Source: Fimbriosthenelais zetlandica (lineage: Eukaryota). Taken from it: a DNA stretch of 64,000 bases. The position numbers were made by a program, and so were the translations under genes. The stretch's first letter is position 1; every line of letters begins with the position of its first letter. This document shows, piece by piece, positions 1 to 9,778 of the stretch. The stretch covers positions 16,182,001 to 16,246,000 of the forward strand of contig OZ365112.1 in NCBI GenBank assembly GCA_977030845.1, in the 5' to 3' direction. The notes under the pieces are model-generated. The model ran no database searches and was not told the origin of the DNA. It saw only the letters and a program-made list of their open reading frames with translations.

Positions 1-241
1 TGCCCTGGAAGAAGTGTTAGGTCTTATCTAGCGAAAGAACATTACCATAAAGTCGGAGGGCACATTCGGTTCACAAGGTGCAGCCTACAAACAATCTTAC
101 CAGCTATATACACCCGGTCAGGGAAGGATGTAGGTCCGCAAATCAAATATATCATATAGCATTGATCGAGATAGTCCAGGAATAAGATATCAATCGAAAT
201 TAGGAAGGGTTGGACGCGCTCTCAGACATCAAACATTGTTG

Positions 242-362
242 ATTGGTGCATATAAAGAGCTGCTCATCAGTCCCCTGCTCTCAGCCTCACTTGCTTTCAG
301 TGTGAATGTTGCAGTGGAGAGTTACCTTAATGCCAAGGGAGTTTGATGGATTGTGAAGGAAG
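242..362 (+). promoter_or_regulatory. Candidate TATA promoter and short non-coding first exon upstream of PKA-RI alternative exon A
   Basis: ATTGG at 242-246, TATAAA at 251-256, Inr-like TCAG/TCACTT about 30 bp downstream (281-292), donor GAAG|GTACTG after 362, possible acceptor TATTAG at 901-902. Confidence 0.3.
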
Positions 363-911
363 GTACTGGCGGATGACTAACCATTTGTTGTAGTATTAAC
401 ACCTCACACTGTCCCTGTTAATGATATCATACATTTTCATGAGAACCTTGACCCTATAATCTCATCATTATTTCTCCCACTCTTGCCATCAATACATTAC
501 TCCTTCATTGCATAGGGATAAAAAATAGGAAGACTGAGGGATCGTTCCAGGAAATGTATCGGTTAGCCTTGTAGTCTGCTGGACATAGCTCATACTGTCC
601 AGCGCTGACCACCACTGGCCTTTCCACACAATCATATCAGTCTGACCCTAAAAAACCTCACCATTATCGATCTCAGGCCAGGCTTACTAGCGCTAGAGCA
701 CTGCTCTTTCTCATTGAGGTTTAATTATATCTGCCACCAGTTGGACCTACATCTGTGTCCCCGTGCTATATATTTATATTCAGCACAGTAATATTATCTC
801 ATATATTATATCACACATCGAGATAAAAAGCAATCATATCTGGAGATATACTAGTAATCTGTGTAATTTGCCTTTACATCTGAGTATTGGATTACCTATT
901 AGACGACCACC

Positions 912-1076
912 ATGGGAAATAAATTACCAAAGATAAGGAGGCCTGGTTCGGCTAAAGAGAATAGGGAAGAAGATAAAGAAAATAGAGAAGAGGATAAGGA
1001 TAAGGTTGAGTGTAAACCAGAGGAAGGTGGGGAGACAGAGGCTGCTGGAGGAACACCTTCTCCTGAGAAAAATGAG
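912..1076 (+). CDS. PRKAR1: Candidate alternative first coding exon A of PKA-RI (MGNKLPKIRR...EKNE, 55 aa)
   Basis: Kozak CCACCATGG and a phase-0 donor GAG|GTAGGT matching the phase-0 acceptor at 9611. An internal KENREED x2 duplication differs only at 3 synonymous third positions. Confidence 0.65.
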
Positions 1077-1274
1077 GTAGGTTTCTCTCAACAACTCGGG
1101 AGGCCCATTTCTCTCAATGTCAAACTGGTAATGGCAAGCTGCCTTCAGATGTCGACCGACTCTGAGGAGAAGTACTTTATTCCAAATCTCATACACAGGA
1201 AAATATATTGGATGTTTTCTTGTACAGATTCCCCGAATCAATACGTATAGTATATAGTATGGGTATCTATAGTC

Positions 1275-1306
1275 CATATTCCCACTTCAGCATATTCCCA
1301 CTTCAG
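1275..1306. repeat. 16-bp perfect tandem duplication
   Basis: CATATTCCCACTTCAG x2. Confidence 0.85.
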
Positions 1307-4052
1307 ATAGTTTGGTTATTTCCTCATATTCCTCTGGCTTGATTTATATATATTAAGTTTATTTATGGCTTCTGCATTGTCACGGCTCATTTGACATGCC
1401 TTGGTGGCACTCTGAATATGACCTTTTATATGTGTGCACTCTTCCCCATTATTGAGAATCAAAAGTTATTGTTATAGATTAATTCTTTAATTAACTTTTT
1501 GGAAAGTAGCCCACGCTGCTTAGCTTATAGGTTGTCCTCATTAAACTCAAACACTCTCTAATTGGTAATCAGTGGGATAACTACTTTGGGTCGATGGTGA
1601 GTAATTAGGTAGGTTTTATCAGTTTCAAATGCAACCGGTTTCAAATGCGGGTAGCTAAAGTTGGCACAAGGAAGTGCTGAAAATGAAGCATTTCTTTTAA
1701 GTTGCCTGGAGATTTTGTGGCTCGCCTCATAACAAGCCCACAGGGATAAGTTGGAGTGTGATTAGGTGCCTGGAAAAATTTCACCTGGAGTAAAGGAATA
1801 AAATCCCCGAAGGAGCACTTCCCTCCCATTTCGACTACAGCTGAGCTGCTCGCTGGCTTCTGTCAGTCACAAATTGAGTTTATGCAGCTTCTAACCTACA
1901 TTATCTAAAGTCTGAAAATTGACTTCATTTATAGCATTTGAATATAATAACCGTGGTTGGTCTTTTAGATTGAGAGGGGAAATATTTCTACATGATATCT
2001 CTATAATCACATAGTCCCTCTTTAGGTCGAGTACAAATTGCAGGGAATGAACTTCTAAAGTAAACTCCCATTTACTCTGAAGCCTCCACTCCAGTCAGTT
2101 TTGGGTCAGAACATAGCCATACGTAGATGGCTTACAATTGATCCATTCTTGAAGGACTGCACTTATCCTAGCCGCGGAAGATTGGCAGGTTGCATGCCAA
2201 GTCTGCCTGATTCTACATGGTCTTTCAAGATCACTTGAGCAGACAGCCCACGTATACGTGTAGCCAAGCCAGAAACAGAAGGGAGGAGGAAAGTAAACCG
2301 TCTAGAGGCAGATGGTGGGTGGATCTTAGTGAAAAAGACTGATTGCTTGAGAATAAGAGATGGGAATATAGAGAAGGGATATTGGTAGAGGTGGAAGAGG
2401 TCTGCAGATCAGATTAGACATCTAAGAGATCTTTATCCTTCATATATGTGAGAATCTTTGACAGGTTTTATTTAAAAATCGGTCTATATAAATTTACTTT
2501 TGATAATATGCAGCTACATAAAGCTGGTATAAATATGGGGTTAGTTGATAGGTTAAATAGGGGAAGTATATATAAACCCGAGCAACTCATCAATGTAACC
2601 CATCAGTTGGAAAAGAAGATCAATGGATGATCAAACAATCAATAGAACCAATCATTTCCATATACCGTAGATATTCAAAGCCCCCTGTGTCCTCTGCTTT
2701 TCTTCCTCCGGGGTATGGCCCTCTGAGGTATTGTTCAACCATTGTCTCTCTCCACTGGTCTAGAAGAGAGAACCCCGGGGCTCTTTCCACCGAGGAATAC
2801 TTGAATTATCGACAGACCATGGACGAAGGGATCGATAAAAATCCCGTCCCAGAATAATAACCCAGATTGGGAGATCGGCTCTAAGAGTAAGACTGGTTTC
2901 TTTTTGGACACATTGCCAAGTGTGTGCCCACTCAGCTCGTGAGTTAAGTAGAAAGTGAGGATTAGTGATGGTGGCTGAATTTTATGGTTTTAATCTGTTA
3001 ACTCTCAGGAGAAGTGTGGATAAATGCTGAGCTTTCAATTTGAGGTTTTAGGAAGGTGGCTTATGTAAATAGCCTGAAGCAGATATTCACCGTTGCTAGA
3101 GTGCTCTTAGTGTTATTTGTATTTGAATGAATCAGGACTTACATGGCAGAATTATATTCTGTCCTGTCAGATTTCAGTCTTGAATTTAAATCGATAACTA
3201 TTATTGATACACACTGAGGGGAATGTGGGTTTGATCTACTTATGAAAAAGGTCCCACCATCTCTTGTAGATATACTACCAGCATGGTATACTACTGTATT
3301 ATGTTCAGTGTATTATCAAGTTCCTTCATACCATATGATTGCAGTCCATTTCAGCTGCCAATATACCCCCTTTATAGCTAGCTATACATGTTAAATGGGA
3401 TCATAACAGAATTCTATTTGGTATACATATAAAAGTAGAGCATGGCTTAAAAAATACAAAGGCAAATGGTTTGGCAGAAGTATTTGATGGTTTCCACCAT
3501 AATACTATGGCAGCCATTTGTACTGTATACATATTTGAAGAGTCCTTCTCCATTACAGTCATGTGATCATTTCCTATTCGAAACCTGTTCTCAGCGACTC
3601 GGTCTCCAATAGAAATCAGTTATGATAAATTTCTCTATATTTAGCTGAAACTCATTTCCAAATTGTTCTGAATAACGGCTCTAGCTTATAAATGAGGAAA
3701 AGCCAGCGTTTGGTAGCGTTTACTTTCTCTTCAATTATTTACTAAAACCTTCCACCTGTACCTACGCTGCCATGACTGATGATAGAACAAGTGGTGTAAT
3801 GTCAGACCTCCATTCCCACTGAATAGCTGACTAAGTGATTGGTATCACGTATCATTCTATAACTATGGTAGCGAAACACATTAACTTCTTGGTTCCAATG
3901 TCAAGTACATATTTGCCAGTTATATCATACCCAAGGGCATTCCCTGTCGTTAAGGCGAAATGTAGCCTTTATATCCCTTTCCATTATTGCACAAATAAAT
4001 CACTATCCAGCATTAAGCCATGACATTTGATATATACTACATGTACCTTGTC

Positions 4053-4153
4053 CTAAATAACATTCATCAATGTTATTTAGCAATGTTATTTTGCTTAAAT
4101 AGCATTCATCAATGTTATTTAGCCTAAATAGCATTCATCAATATTATTTAGCC
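4053..4153. repeat. Three copies of a 29-bp palindromic (hairpin) unit
   Basis: TAAATA(A/G)CATTCATCAAT(G/A)TTATTTAGC at about 4054, 4096, 4125. The first copy is a perfect 12-bp stem with a CATC loop (4053-4080). Confidence 0.8.
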
Positions 4154-7100
4154 TTTGGCCTGAAATTGCTCAGTAATATTTAACCAGGATATAAGTAAAC
4201 TTATTACCGGAATGAGAGAAGGAATGGGTATTCTATTGATAGAATCGTCTAGACGTGTAAGCCATTGCAAATCTCTAATCTGTAAATCTCATAAATCCCT
4301 TAGAGCAAGTACGTATTTGTTGGTCAGATTTGTGAGGGGGGAGGGGAGGGAAGTGGAAGTGTTTAGGCTACTTGGGGGTGTCACAAATCAGAGATCAAAA
4401 CAGGCAGTGTTTGTCAGCGCTCTTCTGAGGATGCCAAAACTGATATTGTCAACAATACTTTTTCCTGACTCGCGTTGGTCGTAGCCTGCCTGTGCTAAGT
4501 ATTATTTTCTAGTGACTAAATGCTGGAGACTTTTTCTGTTGTTTCTAGATATTCTTTGAGTATAAGTTTGCTGAGATTATTGATTCACAATATACTTCTC
4601 AACATTCTTTGAAGGATTAGACATGTTTTTATAGGACGTTTTGACGTTGTGAGTGACGTTATGTAGGGATACAGTCGTTTTTCCTGGGTTTTCATTAAGG
4701 CAGATTAAATCAATCCACACTTGCCTCTGTGAGCAGGCGGGAATTAACACTTAAAGTGGGCATCTTTGAGCCAGTGTGTTCTGGGCTTTTCCTTATTATT
4801 GCTCTCACCTACACACAGCAGGGATCTGCAGCACTTAAGGTTTTGGCCATCAATCTTTGTTCTGAATCATTTGAACTCTTTCCTGAAGGAGAACACTTTA
4901 ACACATCGTCAATAATATCACTTGATACAAGGGTTGTCTCTGGCTCTTTTTTTTGCGAGAAGCGTGAGGGAGTATTTTCACTTGCAAAATAAGGTTGTTT
5001 TGTGTCAACTGTGTCAGTGGACCAGCTTCCATGTCATATCACGCTCTCTATGCTTTACTTTGGCATTGTCCTATATTCTATAGGCTTCTTACTTCATATC
5101 CACTGTCTATGGTACTGGCAGACTATGTGTATTTTGATCTGCGTTGTCGTAAATCATCCTGGAATTGTGGGCTTCAAAACGTCACGTCCCTATCTATGAA
5201 CATTTTATTGACATTCCCCCTGTCCCATACTGATATAAATTATATAGCCTCAATTATAAAAATACTGGCGTAAAACGCGCTGTGGATGCTTGTTACGCCT
5301 TTACCTTCCACATGATGCATATTTGGGCAGTGACGTGCGCAACTAATGCTCTGCTCCTGTATTAAAAAAGAAAATAATCACAGGTCTGGGGAGAGGAATG
5401 ATGGACTGAACACCAATCATGGGGAACAATAGAAAGGGCTGGTCGAACTAGGCTAGCACCAATTAGGCCCATAAATTGTCGGGGATACCCAGCAAGTATT
5501 GCCATGGTTAACTCTTAAAAACAGAATCAAGCAGAGTCTTCCATGTACTTTTATTATTGCCTTGAATATTCACAAGTTCTTATTTTCCTTAGGTCCTTAA
5601 AAATGGCTTCCATGGTTCCTTAAAAGGCCTTAAATTCAATGTCATTATGCCTGTATGAACTTTGATATACTAGAAGCTGGAGTACAGGAGAGCAATGTTC
5701 CAACCTCCTGCTCCACTCCTCTTGCAGCCACTAATAAGTCATACTTGACATTCACGTAAGCAGGTCACTATTAGCCCTAGGGTAGGCCTGCTAAAATCTG
5801 GGTGAGACTGATTCTATGATATTTTGAGATACACTGATATCATGACATTTACTAGGTAACAGAATGTTCAAGTCTCGGGTCAGGTTTTGCTGTACATGTG
5901 ACGATTCCTCAGAACAGGGCACCAAATATTAGTCATATTATGTTTCATTCATTTATCAGGTAGCTTATTTGCCTTATGCATTTCCTTTCCATCTGTGTTC
6001 TTCTATTTATCCCCCCTCTTTAAGCCTTATATACATCACTGAACCGATAGAGAGGAATTTCGCTAGAACCACTTTATTAAACTGACAGTTATCTGCCCAT
6101 GCGAACATGGAATATTGAATTTTCTTCACAATCTCATTACCGCCCTTCTCCACCTCAACAATGACAAAGTCTCCAACTGTATTGAGATGGACGCCTCTGT
6201 AGCTCCAGGTTCTTTGCTTCTCTGCATTGATGACCTGAGATCTATGATATTCAAAGAGGAGCTTCTCCACTCTGTTCTGCTTACTTTCCCTCTGCGAGAA
6301 CTATTTTCTTTTTTGTTGCCTTTCTATCTTCATTCCTTCTTGCGACAAGGGAGGGCACTTGGTAATCCAAGAATTCATTTGAATGAATTGTGATAGTCCA
6401 TTCAACGTTAATGGCCATTCACCTGGAATTTATATTACCCAGTTTGAACCCGGACAGGCTGGTAATCTTCAGCCGGTAAGATCTGTGTAATCAATAAAGT
6501 AATCAATAATCTAAGAAATTATATTGATTGACTAAACAGAAAAGGAATGAATCAATTCCAACCTGTATGAATATTACACAATTTTTATGGAAGCATTCCA
6601 GTTGTTATGTGTTGTGTACAGTATATAATACACTTGGTCAATAATATTTTGAACATACGTTTTATGATTAAATATGTTAAGTTAAAAAGGGAAATATCTG
6701 GTTCAGTACTCTGGCAATTAATTTGACCGAGCATAATTATAGACATTAAGTTATAGTGTTTTTCATAAGGCAGAGATCCTTTGTGCCCCTACTCTTTGAG
6801 TAAAATGGAATAACTAGCATTACATAAATGTGACATGGCACTTGAATTAGTCGAGTGTCACATTGGGGATTCCTCACCCTCCACTGTGCACCCAGTCCGT
6901 TGCCATCAATTAGATGCAGCAAGCCAGCGGAAGAGTATTATTGTCTTTTTATTCATTGGCATTCATTGTCACTCGTCGGGATTTCCTTCGTTTGCATTAC
7001 GCTTGACTACGATCTGGCCTTTTTTGGCTCAGCTAGCAAAGATTCTACTATATAGTAGCCCAGCTAGTTCCATATAATATTATTTCCTACCCGAACTCTA

Positions 7101-9014
7101 TATATATAGGATATTAATTAATCAAGTGAAAAGGAGATGTACCTTAGGTGTTTTACCTATATAGTAGAGCATAGGCATAGTGAGTCAGTATCTAGCAGCA
7201 TGCACTATACTGTATTTGGTGAATGAGAATAGTGCACATAAAAATGGGTTTGAGTGTACTAATTATTATTATGGGCGGTATGGGATGCTTTGTTGTTCTC
7301 TTGGATGCTTTGTCTCTGCCCATCTGAATCAAGGAGATGGACAGCTTGAAATGTCAGTCCTCTATACATGAGCTGCCACAGCCATTAATCCCATGTTGAG
7401 GTGCCCTCTCTATGACAGACTTACATGACTCTGTCATCCGCTCGACCCACCTCCCACCTCTAACCGACAGCTAGTGAACATGTCAACGTCATGCCCTGTA
7501 GAAGCCAGCCTTCTAAGGGTCCTGCCATAACATATACATCTAAGGTTAGTGATGGCATGATTAGCATCGTTTGGCCTTGATCCTTGTTTGAACTATGAAC
7601 CAGATATAGACGATGCTAAAAATAAAACCAAGGTTGATTATAATATAGGACTGAAATTGTTCTTTCTGTCTGTCGTGGATTCCACCTATTGCTTGCTGGA
7701 CATAAACTAGATGACTACAGGCTGTTGAGAAAATTTACTTTTCTAGAGGAAAAAGTAGACGTCATCATTCAATGAACGAGATCGAAGGGAAGTCCTTGGC
7801 TGTGCACTTTCTCATACATGTAAGCCGATTAACATACCTAGTGGTCCAATATTCTCCTCCCTGGATTGCTGTGAAATCCCTGCTTTAGATGTTTAATGGA
7901 CTTTCTCTCAGAACCCAGCAGTCTGTCCCCATGAATCTCTTTCACATGGTCTTTCCTGATGTTGGACCAGTGGTCGAGGATCCATAATTTCATCTTGAGC
8001 CATCTTTAGACTTCATGAGAGCTCTTACTGGCCTGTGACCAGTGCCAGCCTTAGGCCAATAATAGCAGGTAAACGCCCCTACCTCATATATAACGGCCAA
8101 GGGGGCTGGTGTGTAATTTTGGGGTGTGAAGTGGGGTAATGGATGCAAGACATTCAGCCAGCAAGACGTGATATTGATTAAGAGATTCCACGGCGACAGC
8201 CGGGAAGACCGGCCGTGAGCCATGACTGGTGTCTGTGTGAGATATCAGGCCGAGTGCCAGATATTGAAATGCTATTAGCATGATATAATCTTGTCATTGT
8301 TATCTTTGCATTTCATTTGTGTTCATTTATTTTGTCATCACCTACATAAAAAGCTCCTGTAGTTGATTGAAGGTAGTTTAAACAAATATTATATATGGCC
8401 TCTCTTCTAATTCTTCTGATGAAAACATATGTGATATTGATTGTTTATCAATATTGTTATAATGAAACACGTTGCTTTGATGAGGGTATAGGAGATATGT
8501 AGGGAGAACTGTGTGAAGTATAAAGAGGTCTTCAGAAAGGAGACCTACCAGTCTAGTCGAATTTAAAAGGACTTGAGAATGACTGAGAAACATGCAGATC
8601 TTTATTCCTCTTAGTACATTATACAACCCAAGCATTAATGCGTGTGTCTGGTAATGTGGTGGCCGTCAGCTTTATCAATGTTTACAAACGTCCTTGTCAA
8701 TCTCGGCACCATTAGGTATAATATATATGAATTACCCATGCGAAACCAAGCCCGTATATTGTGGTTGTTAACAGCAGTGAAATACACTGTATGAATACAG
8801 ATATATCGGGATTCTAATCACTTTGAGACATCGCAAATGTGTCGGATGTATTGATATGATTTGTATTTTCTCTAATATGGGAGACTGTTGCTTCGAATGT
8901 GTGGAAATATAGAAGAATGAACACTGTAGTTTCTAGAAGGAATCCACATAAAACTATAGAAACTGGTACTTGTACTCTATAGGCACGAGAGAGTAAAACT
9001 TTACAGATAGAATC

Positions 9015-9059
9015 ATGGGACATAGTTTCAGTAATTTGTGTTCACCTGCTTCGTTCAAG
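9015..9059 (+). CDS. PRKAR1: Candidate alternative first coding exon B of PKA-RI (MGHSFSNLCSPASFK, 15 aa)
   Basis: ATCATGG start, MGxxxS myristoylation consensus, and phase-0 donor AAG|GTAAAA 551 bp upstream of the phase-0 acceptor at 9611. Confidence 0.6.
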
Positions 9060-9610
9060 GTAAAAGTTTAACATTTTGATATTTTTAATATACTCATTGC
9101 TTTGAATATGCGTGTAAGTGTTTTTATTAAAATCTCCAGAAACACGAGAATACATAATATATATATCTGTTTCGTCTGCTTCTCATTCAGTGCGCCTCTA
9201 GTTCACTTTGTGCTTGAAATGTTTGTTTTAGACAAAAAATGTGTTCAACTGGGTTCAAGAGAAGTGCTCTCCTTTACCAAACGTTCGTACAACATTGGCA
9301 CACGGCTATAGGTTTAACGGTGGTAAAAGATCTGTAAATACAGGAGGATGAGTTCAAGTGCTTCAAGTCCAGTTCAGTTCACACGGGCCTGTCTATATAG
9401 TCTTATCACCCACACTGCTAAAATATTGTTTTTCCACGGATAGCTTTATAGATTCCCGAACTTTTATTGGTCAAATATACCCATGCAACTAACGACACTT
9501 GAAGGGATCCGCTTTAAACTCTATGCTTTATGATCTCTGCGATGCAGAAGTACGAGATATGCGTGTATAAATTGTTGAGATTAAATTTGTTTCCACTTTG
9601 AACATTTCAG

Positions 9611-9778
9611 GAAGAAGCTGCCAAAGAGAAGGCTAAATCTTCCACACCGCCCAGCGATGAGCGGGACGACGAGGTCTCTCCCATCCCTCCCCAGTCTGCA
9701 CCCAAGAAGCGCAACCGTCGAGGCGCTGTCAGTGCAGAGGTCTATACTGAGGAGGATGCTGCCTCCTACGTGAAAAAG
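9611..9778 (+). CDS. PRKAR1: PKA-RI exon: linker and inhibitory site
   Basis: TTTCAG|[56 protein letters not shown]|GTCAGT. Confidence 0.95.

Noticed and set aside
912-1250. 112-aa ORF as a standalone gene
   Set aside because: After codon 55 it runs through a strong GTAGGT donor into intron-like sequence. Only 912-1076 is supported as coding.
6007-6393. Overlapping ORFs with a transposase-like TVGDFVIVEV phrase
   Set aside because: Resemblance too short to assign a family. No TIRs or catalytic motif seen.
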